This document shows positions 7,497-15,201 of a stretch of 32,000 nucleotides of DNA, piece after piece. Under the pieces are notes generated by a model. It had not been told where the DNA came from, searched no databases, and worked only from the letters and a program-made list of their open reading frames with translations. Made by a program: the position numbers and the translations under genes. Every line of letters begins with the position of its first letter. The first letter of the stretch is position 1. The stretch lies in contig CANPFR010000001.1 in the NCBI GenBank assembly GCA_947573445.1, positions 154,063 through 186,062 of the forward strand, written 5' to 3'. The DNA is from an uncultured Clostridia bacterium (lineage in GTDB: Bacteria > Bacillota > Clostridia > TANB77 > CAG-508).

Positions 7497-7921
7497 TATC
7501 TCTCCTCCAAAATATCTTTAATGTTTATAGTTAAGTTTTCTATATCTTGCATAATTTCTTTAAAATAAAAACTTGGTAATTCTCTATAGGTAGCTACTTG
7601 ATTTTTATCATTTATTGCTTTATATACTCTGGGAAAAATCCTTGATTTTACTTTATGGTATGTCAAATTATTTTCTTCGCATATTTGCTTTACTTTCTCT
7701 TTTACTTTATCTCTCAAAATTCTTGCCTCATTTGGTGCAAGTTGAATTTTCTTTTTTAGTAATACATCATGTTCGTCTATTTTTGTATTGACCTTACTAA
7801 ATTTTGTCTCCACTTCTGTTTTAAATCCAGCAAAAGCATAATTCATTATTGTTTGGCTTTCTGTCAATCCTTTTATCAAGTCATTAACTTTTAATTCTTT
7901 TGTCTTTTCTAAACTATTCAT
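7496..7921 (-). CDS. ORF6C-domain-like phage protein
   Basis: The C-terminal RIFPRVYKAINDKNQVATYRELPSFYFKEIMQDIENL resembles ORF6C domains found beside antirepressors. Confidence 0.45.
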   Translation of the reverse strand: MNSLEKTKELKVNDLIKGLTESQTIMNYAFAGFKTEVETKFSKVNTKIDEHDVLLKKKIQLAPNEARILRDKVKEKVKQICEENNLTYHKVKSRIFPRVYKAINDKNQVATYRELPSFYFKEIMQDIENLTINIKDILEER

Positions 7922-8873
7922 TTATAATCTCTCCTTCTCCATAAATTATATTTCCAACTGCATCTTGTCTGTTATCTAATGCTTGTTCCATTAAGATTGT
8001 CCATTCTTTTATTGAATTTACACCTTGTTGTACAAATCTCTTCTTTGAGCTTGGTATATTCTGCAAATCTTCTTTTAGATATGTAAATTTTGAATTTTTA
8101 TCTAAAAAGTCTTTTATGTTGTATAACAACATATCCAATTTTGCAGTATCAAACACTCTGTCTTTTTCTATGTTATCTTCTAGTTTTATACTTCTTATTG
8201 TATCTTCTGCTTTTTCTGCCCTTTTTCTAAAACATTCTATTTCTTGTTCTAATATTTGCTTTTCGTTTTGCAATCTTTTCTTTTCTTCAATTACTTCATC
8301 TGGAACAACTTCCTTTATTACTTCTTTCTCAATGATTTCTTTTTCTGGTACTTGAATACTTTTTATTTGTTTTTGTAATTGTTGTATCTCTTGTTCTTTT
8401 TGTTTTATTGCATTCTGTAATTCTTCTGAATATTCCTGTTCTTCTTTTAGTTGTCTTGTTAAATCCTTTACTTCTTTTATTGTCATGTCTTTAAGATTAG
8501 CATTTTCTAAAATCAACTTCTGTTGCTCCGTTTCTAACTTCCCTAACTCATAAATCTTACTGTCTGATAATTGCTTTAGTTTTTCTTTATTATCGGAATT
8601 TCCGACAAATACTTTGTAAAATTTAATCCAGTCATATACTTTGTCCTTTTTCAATCCATAGCTTTTAAACCATTCTGTAAAGCAACCATATCTGTTTTTA
8701 GCTAATAACTCTTGTGCTTTAAATAGTTGTTCTCCAACACTATATTTAAAATTACTGTTTATCGCAGATAATTCCACAGTTATATTTTTTAATTCTTTTG
8801 CTGTATTATCATCTAACTGTTGGTAATTAAAATTGTCTATTTCACTTATATCAATTTCTATTAAGTCGCTCAT
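7914..8873 (-). CDS. DUF3102-like phage protein with long coiled-coil tail
   Basis: The N-terminus VGEQLFKAQELLAKNRYGCFTEWFKSYGLKKDKVYDWIKFYKVF fits a DUF3102-like pattern. The C-terminal part is E/K/Q-rich coiled coil. Confidence 0.45.
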   Translation of the reverse strand: MSDLIEIDISEIDNFNYQQLDDNTAKELKNITVELSAINSNFKYSVGEQLFKAQELLAKNRYGCFTEWFKSYGLKKDKVYDWIKFYKVFVGNSDNKEKLKQLSDSKIYELGKLETEQQKLILENANLKDMTIKEVKDLTRQLKEEQEYSEELQNAIKQKEQEIQQLQKQIKSIQVPEKEIIEKEVIKEVVPDEVIEEKKRLQNEKQILEQEIECFRKRAEKAEDTIRSIKLEDNIEKDRVFDTAKLDMLLYNIKDFLDKNSKFTYLKEDLQNIPSSKKRFVQQGVNSIKEWTILMEQALDNRQDAVGNIIYGEGEIINE

Positions 8874-8933
8874 TTGTTTTTACTCTCCTTCCTTGGTTAG
8901 TTTTCTATGCCACTAACTTTCTTTCACTTCACA

Positions 8934-9668
8934 TTACTTTTCTATAGCTGGTACAATTCCGTTTTCTTTTAGCAGGTCATACAAAAATAATCTACCTTTT
9001 TGTGTCCACTTGGTATTCAATTTTGTAAACGATGTACCATCTTTATGTTTTAAACTTATTGTTTCGCTTGAAGTATATCCATGACTTTGATATTTCTTAT
9101 ATAAGAACCATTGGTTTCCTTCTTTATATTGAACTCCTAAGTCATGCAATAATTTGTTCATTTCAATTGCTGACATTCCATAATCTTTTGCAATCGCTTT
9201 TATTTTTATTAGGCTTTTATTTTGCAAAATTACATCGGTATAATCTGCTTTTGGCTTTAATTCTCCAATTAATTGCTTTTGTTGAGTATTCTCTAATTGC
9301 AATACACTTAATCTTTCTTCTGCAAATTTCAATGCTCTCGCCATTATTTTCTCTGGACTGTTAAAATCCTTTTCAACTTGAATAAAATACTTCCTAACTT
9401 CTTTACCTCTTTTATTTCTTTGTATCATTGCTATTTCTTTTGCCATGTCTAATTTAATTGCATGATTTATTTCGGGTCTTCCTCCTTGAGGTTTTTCACA
9501 ATTTTGTGATAAACTCACAAAATCAGTATTTTCAATAAATCCATATTCTTTCATTCTGTCAAACCATTGTGTATACGGTGTTTTTACTTCCAATACCTCG
9601 TACAATTCTCTACCGTTTACAATTGGTTCTTGATTTTCATTCATTTCAATTTTTATTAGGTCACTCAT
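8934..9668 (-). CDS. Phage antirepressor (N-terminal Ant/ORF6N-like plus KilA-C/ANT domain)
   Basis: N-terminal VNGRELYEVLEVKTPYTQWFDRMKEYGFIENTDFV and C-terminal IAKDYGMSAIEMNKLLHDLGVQYKEGNQWFLYKKYQSHGY. Confidence 0.75.
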   Translation of the reverse strand: MSDLIKIEMNENQEPIVNGRELYEVLEVKTPYTQWFDRMKEYGFIENTDFVSLSQNCEKPQGGRPEINHAIKLDMAKEIAMIQRNKRGKEVRKYFIQVEKDFNSPEKIMARALKFAEERLSVLQLENTQQKQLIGELKPKADYTDVILQNKSLIKIKAIAKDYGMSAIEMNKLLHDLGVQYKEGNQWFLYKKYQSHGYTSSETISLKHKDGTSFTKLNTKWTQKGRLFLYDLLKENGIVPAIEK

Positions 9669-9674
9669 TTGTTT

Positions 9675-9953
9675 TTAATCTCCTTTCTCTAGTTTAAAGT
9701 TTTCAAATTCTTCTTCTTTCGTTCTGTACTTGCTATCACCAGTCAACCACTCCAACTGAACTTTGTATGCTTTAGCGATTTTTCTAAGAGCTTGTACAGA
9801 TGGTTTTGAACGCCCAGTTTTCCAATCTGTAACATTGCCTGGTCCTACGCCAACAGTCTTAGCAAACTCTTTGACTGTGATTTTATTTTCTTTTACTAGC
9901 ATAAAAATTCTACTTAATGTAATGTTTCTGTGTCGTGTTTTAATCTTTTCCAT
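9675..9953 (-). CDS. XRE-family HTH regulator (Cro-like, head of the early operon)
   Basis: VKEFAKTVGVGPGNVTDWKTGRSKPSVQALRKIAKAY is paralogous to the HTH of the divergent CI-like repressor. Confidence 0.8.
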   Translation of the reverse strand: MEKIKTRHRNITLSRIFMLVKENKITVKEFAKTVGVGPGNVTDWKTGRSKPSVQALRKIAKAYKVQLEWLTGDSKYRTKEEEFENFKLEKGD

Positions 9954-10150
9954 CTTTTCACCTCCAATTCTATTGACAACTTATAATAAATGTAGTAAAA
10001 TAGTAATATACGAATTAAGCATGTATCCAAAATACTTATAGCACTATTCACTATAATTTGCTTAATTACTCGTATTTCTAGTTAGTAAGGCACATTTGAT
10101 ACCGCCAAGTTTCAAGGGTGTGTCTTGCTAATATTTTTTATATTTTACTT

Positions 10151-10236
10151 TTGACAAAGTTATTATATTCGAATTTTCGAATTTTGTCAATAGTTTTTTT
10201 CGAATTTTAAAAAAAATATTTTTAGGAGGTTTCGAA
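10151..10236. promoter_or_regulatory. Lysis/lysogeny switch: early promoter and TTCGAA operator repeats
   Basis: Minus-strand TTGACA (10190-10185), 17-nt spacer, TATAAT (10167-10162). TTCGAATTTT occurs three times (from 10168, 10176 and 10199), and TTCGAAAT lies at 10231. An inverted TTGACAAA/TTTGTCAA pair lies at 10151 and 10183. Confidence 0.65.
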
Positions 10237-11235
10237 ATGTCTACCGTAGATAGAATTTTTAGAATTATGCGTGAAAATAACTTATCAGCTAAAGAGTTTG
10301 CCCAAAAAGTTGGTGTGAGCCAAGGAAATATAACGGACTGGAAAACTGGTAGAGCCAATCCATCGGTTCCATCTCTACAAAAAATTGCTAACTGTTTCAA
10401 CATCAGTTTAGATTTTTTACTTGGAAATACCAATAAAGAATCCATCGAAAAAACTCTAATAACTTATTTACGACCTTTAGAACTAACAGATAAAGATTTT
10501 GATGTTTTAAAAAATTTTGGTATTGCATTTTTTAATAATGAATCCAAAGAAATAATGGGTACAATAATGCAGGAAGCAAAAAATAAAAGTAAAGTTCTTG
10601 AAGGCTTTAAGATACTAGCCGATGTAGCTGATAGCATCGAAAATTCCTCTAAAATAAATAAAGCAAGATATATTTTAAGAAAAAAGGATATTGATGAAGA
10701 GCCTACTGACATTAATAGCCTTGAATACGCTTTAGAAAAAATGGAACCTTCCGAAATCGTAAAAAATACTATCTCAAATGCCCTAATTAACTTAGACAAG
10801 TCAAAAATTGTACAACAGAATCCTAAAAAGTTATGCCACGTCCCTATCCTCGGCAAAATTGCAGCAGGACAACCACTGCTTGCAGAAGAATATATTGAAG
10901 GCTATTTGCCAGTAGACCCTAATATATACGGAGTATCAACGGCAGAAGATTTGTTCTTTCTTCGTATCGCTGGAAACTCAATGAATTTAAAAGTAAAAAA
11001 TGGAGACTATGCCCTAATTAGAAAACAAGATTATGCAGAAGATGGAGACATTATTGCTGTTATTGTCAATTCTGATGGTGAGGCAACACTTAAAAGATAT
11101 AAAAAATTAAATGACCAATTTGTTTTATTAGAGCCTATGAGCACAGACCCTACTATTGAATCTATAACTGTCGATTTAAAAACAACAAAATTCCAAATCA
11201 TTGGCAAAGCCATTGGACAATTTGGAAAATTTTAA
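10237..11235 (+). CDS. CI/LexA-like repressor (XRE HTH plus S24 peptidase)
   Basis: N-terminal HTH AKEFAQKVGVSQGNITDWKTGRANPS. C-terminal S24 motifs: FFLRIAGNSMN (Ser) and GEATLKRY (Lys). Confidence 0.9.
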   Translation: MSTVDRIFRIMRENNLSAKEFAQKVGVSQGNITDWKTGRANPSVPSLQKIANCFNISLDFLLGNTNKESIEKTLITYLRPLELTDKDFDVLKNFGIAFFNNESKEIMGTIMQEAKNKSKVLEGFKILADVADSIENSSKINKARYILRKKDIDEEPTDINSLEYALEKMEPSEIVKNTISNALINLDKSKIVQQNPKKLCHVPILGKIAAGQPLLAEEYIEGYLPVDPNIYGVSTAEDLFFLRIAGNSMNLKVKNGDYALIRKQDYAEDGDIIAVIVNSDGEATLKRYKKLNDQFVLLEPMSTDPTIESITVDLKTTKFQIIGKAIGQFGKF

Positions 11236-11293
11236 ACACAAGCATTAGTAAGATATTTGAATAGGAGAAATATTAATCTATAAGGAGAAATAA

Positions 11294-12340
11294 ATGGAAA
11301 AGAAAGAACTAATTAAAAGTCAAATTGATAGACAAAATATACTAAACAATGAATATGCAATAAATGAAATAATGAATGTGTTTGACTTTGACAATATCTC
11401 TTTTGAAGGAAAAATTCGATTTTTAAAAGAAGATATTGCAAAATTTTTTGAAGTTGATATTAGAACCATTGAAAGATATATTGAAAGGTATAATGACGAA
11501 TTAACTACTAATGGATACGAAATTTTAAAAGGTCAAAGATTAAAGGATTTTATTTTTCTTTATAATCAATTTGCTGCCGAGGTCACCGACACCAATGTCG
11601 GTGACCTTCCAAAAACGATCCCCTCTCTTGGAATTTTTGATTTTAGGTCTTTCATAGATTTAGCAATGCTTTTTTCAGATAATGAGAGAGCCCAGATTGT
11701 AAGGCAAATCATTCTAGATATATCTATTGATACAATCAATAAAAAAGCTGGTGGTTCAACTAAATACATTAATCAACGCGATGAAGACTTTCTAAATTCT
11801 TGGTATACTTCTGAAAATTGCAGAAAAGAATTTACCAATGCATTAAATAAATTTGTTAGTGGAGGCAAATCAAAATATGCCATATATACAGATAAAATCT
11901 ATAAAATTATTTTTAAAGAAAAATCTCAACAATATCGACAAATATTAAAATTAGAAATGAAAGATAAAACTAGAGACACTATGTATTCAGAAGTACTTGA
12001 TTTAATTGCAGGATTTGAATTAGGATTGGCAAAAGAAATTGAAATATCTTATCATAATAAGAATGATAAGCCTTTAAGCTTTTACGAACTAGATCAACTT
12101 ATTAATAAATTAGAAAACAATTACTTCTTTACTCCTTTAATTGAAAAAGCTCGAAGAAAAATGGCTAGTCGTGATTATCAATTCAGAGATGCTTATCATT
12201 CCGAACTTTCAGAATATATCTCAACTTTACCTGCTGATGACTATGAAAGATTCTTAGGAGAAAAAAGCAAAGAATTACTAGAAAGAATTTCAGAAAATCA
12301 AGATGTTTTGAAACGTTTAAAAGAAGAAGGTGAAGAATAA
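11294..12340 (+). CDS. RhuM/antirepressor-like HTH protein, partner of Doc (function unknown)
   Basis: 348 aa. KEDIAKFFEVDIRTIERYIERY is an HTH-like segment. LGIFDFRSFIDLAMLFSDNERAQIVRQIILDI resembles the RhuM-type core. The stop overlaps the Doc start (TAATG). Confidence 0.4.
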   Translation: MEKKELIKSQIDRQNILNNEYAINEIMNVFDFDNISFEGKIRFLKEDIAKFFEVDIRTIERYIERYNDELTTNGYEILKGQRLKDFIFLYNQFAAEVTDTNVGDLPKTIPSLGIFDFRSFIDLAMLFSDNERAQIVRQIILDISIDTINKKAGGSTKYINQRDEDFLNSWYTSENCRKEFTNALNKFVSGGKSKYAIYTDKIYKIIFKEKSQQYRQILKLEMKDKTRDTMYSEVLDLIAGFELGLAKEIEISYHNKNDKPLSFYELDQLINKLENNYFFTPLIEKARRKMASRDYQFRDAYHSELSEYISTLPADDYERFLGEKSKELLERISENQDVLKRLKEEGEE

Positions 12341-12792
12341 TGTTGTATTATTTAAACCTAGCAGAAGTTTTGAGATTACACTCTAAAACAGTTGAAATTA
12401 GTGGTGGAGGCACTTCAGAAATTTTAAATTTAGGACAAATTGAAAGCATTTTAGAACACATAAAAAATGATGATTACTACCCTTCTTTTATTGACAAGCT
12501 AACTTACTTGTTTTTTGGATTTTGTCAGTTTCATTGTTTTGCTGATGGAAATAAAAGAGCCGCAATTGTTATGAGTGAAGCATTTTTATTATACAATGGT
12601 TATCTCTTTGCTTCAAAAATATTTATTAGAGAAAGCGAAAATATTTCAATATTTGTGGCTGACAACCGCATAGATAGAGATTTCTTAAAGCGCATTTTAA
12701 CGTCTATTATAAGTGGTACATTTGATACTGATGAAGCTTTAAAATTAGAATATCTTAACACATTAAAACAAAAAGATTTACTATATACATAA
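12340..12792 (+). CDS. doc: Doc (death-on-curing) family Fic-fold toxin/kinase
   Basis: Doc-type Fic motif FHCFADGNKRAA, plus the N-terminal pattern LNLAEVLRLHSKTVEISGGG...LGQIESILEH. Confidence 0.85.
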   Translation: MLYYLNLAEVLRLHSKTVEISGGGTSEILNLGQIESILEHIKNDDYYPSFIDKLTYLFFGFCQFHCFADGNKRAAIVMSEAFLLYNGYLFASKIFIRESENISIFVADNRIDRDFLKRILTSIISGTFDTDEALKLEYLNTLKQKDLLYT

Positions 12793-12935
12793 AAATACAA
12801 AATAATCCACTCTCCGTCCAAAGTTTGTGGATTATTCTAAAACTCTACTTGTTTAAAGCAGTCTTATGTTATATTAATTATAACATTTAAAAACTCTTTA
12901 GACAAGTACCGAAAATTTGCTTGAGGAGGATTTTC

Positions 12936-14341
12936 ATGGCAAAAAAGTATAATTGTGAAAAAAACGGCATCCCCTACTTTAGAAAAACAAAAACAATCGG
13001 ACACAAAGCAAATGGAACACCAGTCAAAAAAGAATTTTATGGAGACGGCGAAAAAGATTGCGATAGACAAATAGAAGAATACATGGACAAACTAAAAAAG
13101 CGGTTTAAATCTTGATGTAGAAACTTTAACAATAGAGCAAGGAATGCATCAATGGCTCTTCGATGTTTTATTGCCATCTAGAAACCTCAAATCGGCTTCT
13201 TTTGAAAAACATGAATGTAATTACAGAAATTATATAAAAGGTCGTAAAATCGGCTGTATTTGCGTCCAGAATGCTGTCTCACTTCCGTTCCAAAGATACT
13301 ATAATGATTTATATAAAAATGGCCTCACTATCTATGATAAAAACTCTCAAAAAAATAAACATATTCATGTTAGTAGTAATAAAATTTTGGATCTAAATAA
13401 AACATTACGAGCTTTCTTTACATATTGCATTAAAGAACAATATACGCTTAGAAATCCATGCTTGCTAAGTAATATAGAGATTCCTCGGTAATGCAGATGG
13501 AAATGAAGATGAGGCAGAAGACGACGAAGGAACTAATATTCAAGCATTTAATGATGAAGAATTACAAGTTATCATTGATAATTTAAAATATGAACCCAAT
13601 CAAGACAATACATTTAAAGTTATGGTAATGCTAGATATCGTAACAGGATTGAGGTCTGGAGAATTACGAGGATTAAAAAAGAAATTCATTACCAAACATC
13701 TTGTTAAAGTACGCAATACCTTAAAAAGATTAAAAGTATTTGATGACAAGGATAATTGGCATTATGAAACAAAACTTATCAAGCCAAAATCAAAATCAAG
13801 CATTCGAGATGTAAACGTTCCAACCACATTCGATTCTATTTTAAAACAATATTTAAAAGAACAAGAAAAAAAATGGAAAAATAACGATTTAGAATTTAAT
13901 GACGAATCACTTTTATTTACAACAAAATCTTGCTTACCAATTGATGAAAAAAATTTTTCACGTTCCTGGGAGAGATTTCTCACAAAAAATAATATCACCT
14001 ATAAGAAACCTCATTCCATAAGAGATACTTATGCAACAACACTTGTTCGAAAAGGGGCAAAAATGCATGATGTCAAAGAAATGCTTGGACACAGTAGTAT
14101 CAAAATTACAGAAAAATATTATATATATGTTTTCCCAGAAGACAAATCAAAAACAGCTAATTTATTAAATGATTTAATTCTTCATCCAAAACCAAGTCGG
14201 GAAAAAGTCGGGAAATTAAAAATACTGCAAAGTTTTAATTTATTCAAACCTTACAGTACCAATGCTTTTGGTGCACCCAACTGGAATCGAACCAGCGACC
14301 TTCCGCTTAGGAGGCGGACGCTCTATCCTACTGAGCTATGA
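12936..14341 (+). pseudogene. Tyrosine integrase, disrupted (three frames)
   Basis: - Arm-binding N-terminus MAKKYNCEKNGIPYFRKTK (to 13115).
- Core-binding part (13096/13144-13491).
- Catalytic part (13487/13622 onward) with TGLRSGELRGL, HSIRDTYAT and LGHSSIKITEKYY.
The frame changes at the A6 tract 13094-13099 and near 13485-13492. The last ~70 nt of the ORF are antisense to the tRNA. Confidence 0.8.
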
Positions 14342-14345
14342 ATGC
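14269..14345 (-). tRNA. tRNA-Arg (anticodon CCU)
   Basis: 77-nt cloverleaf folded by hand. Acceptor stem GCATTCA/TGGGTGC, D arm GCTC..GAGC, anticodon stem TCCGC/GCGGA with loop CTCCTAA, T arm GCTGG-TTCGATT-CCAGT, encoded CCA. Confidence 0.9.
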
Positions 14346-14371
14346 AGATTTGCCAAGCTATGCTTGGCTTT

Positions 14372-14554
14372 TTATGCATTTAATTTGGCAACAAGTTCAT
14401 CTACATCAATTCCATGAACTGCACATGCTTCTTCTAAAGTTTCTGCTTGTGATGCAGGACATCCTAAACAATGCATTCCAGCTTCTAATAAAATATCTGC
14501 TTTTTCTGGACTTTGTTCCAATAAATCTCCTATTTTAGTTGTTTTTTCTATCAT
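14372..14554 (-). CDS. DUF1858 / hybrid-cluster-protein-associated redox disulfide protein
   Basis: KIGDLLEQSPEKADILLEAGMHCLGCPASQAETLEEACAVHGIDVDELV is the characteristic pattern with the CxxC motif. Confidence 0.7.
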   Translation of the reverse strand: MIEKTTKIGDLLEQSPEKADILLEAGMHCLGCPASQAETLEEACAVHGIDVDELVAKLNA

Positions 14555-14650
14555 TTTTTTACCTCCTAATTTTATTTTTTACAATTTTTTAAAGTAATAC
14601 ACTTTCTTTTTTTGATAAAAATTTAACAATTTTTATTATTTTATCATAAA

Positions 14651-14722
14651 TTTTCAAAAAAGTATAGACATTTTTGAAAATTTATTGTATGATATAGAAA
14701 ATTTGAAAAGAAAAATTTTCTA
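14651..14722 (+). promoter_or_regulatory. Putative promoter with two flanking palindromes upstream of the pilin-like operon
   Basis: TAGACA (14665-14670), 17-nt spacer, TATGAT (14688-14693). A 10-bp inverted repeat TTTTCAAAAA/TTTTTGAAAA (14651 and 14671) brackets the -35. A 10-bp inverted repeat TAGAAAATTT/AAATTTTCTA lies at 14695-14722. Confidence 0.4.
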
Positions 14723-14860
14723 TCAAACTGATTTTCTTATCGGTTTATCATTTTTTTCTGATTGCAGTTTCTTGCAAATTTTCAAATTATTAAAATTTAA
14801 TAAGTAAGAAGGTGATAAATGATTCTATTGATGATTTAATTTTTAGAAAGGAGTTTTATT

Positions 14861-15189
14861 ATGAAACAAAAAAAATTTTTATTACTTTACATTGGCTTTT
14901 TGTCAATTGTATTCTTTTGCATGTTTAGCAATATTTGCTTTGCTGCAGACCCCAAATTAGTGACCACCATAACTGGAGCCTTTTCTAAAGTCAAGGGTTA
15001 CATTGTAAAAATAGCTACATCCTTCGTCGCCGTTGCTGTTGCTACGGGTTTATTAATGAGAAAATTCAGCTTAGGAGACGAAAAAAAATCTATCGAGCGA
15101 ACAATTTGATAAAAGGAAGTATTACTTCATATGTATTAATTATTTGCATTGACTTAGTTCTTTCTTTTGTTGATACTGTTTTAGCATAA
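14861..15189 (+). CDS. Pilin-like small membrane protein (VirB2/TrbC-type topology); full length needs a -1 shift at an A8 tract
   Basis: Signal peptide ending ...NICFA/ADP, then TM helix SFVAVAVATGLLM. The zero frame stops at 15109. The -1 frame from the A8 tract (15081-15088) adds ...IKGSITSYVLIICIDLVLSFVDTVLA, a second TM helix. That frame ends at 15189, just before the AAGGAGG SD of the next gene. Confidence 0.5.
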
Positions 15190-15201
15190 AAGGAGGCTCA
15201 T

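Larger units (their letters stand above)
1..14345. mobile_element. Partial temperate prophage (integrase, immunity, early and replication genes) abutting tRNA-Arg; left end outside window
   Basis: The gene order is typical of temperate siphoviruses: integrase, CI-like repressor, divergent Cro-like gene, antirepressor, replication genes. The integrase reads into the 3' end of the tRNA at 14269-14345. No second copy of the tRNA 3' sequence is seen in the window. Confidence 0.85.

Noticed and set aside
10128-11769. Minus-strand ORFs 10128..10445, 10464..10856, 11031..11213 and 11566..11769
   Set aside because: They are antisense shadows of the CI-like repressor and the RhuM-like gene. None has an SD or a recognisable motif.
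12801-12836. DnaA-box-like TGTGGATTA downstream of doc
   Set aside because: It is a single copy with one mismatch, and it forms the right arm of the 10-bp hairpin AATAATCCAC/GTGGATTATT. This is better explained as a weak terminator.
14200-14341. C-terminal tail of integrase ORF 13622..14341 (…NWNRTSDLPLRRRTLYPTEL) as genuine coding sequence
   Set aside because: The last ~24 codons are simply the antisense translation of tRNA-Arg. The recombinase fold ends soon after the catalytic Tyr near 14130.
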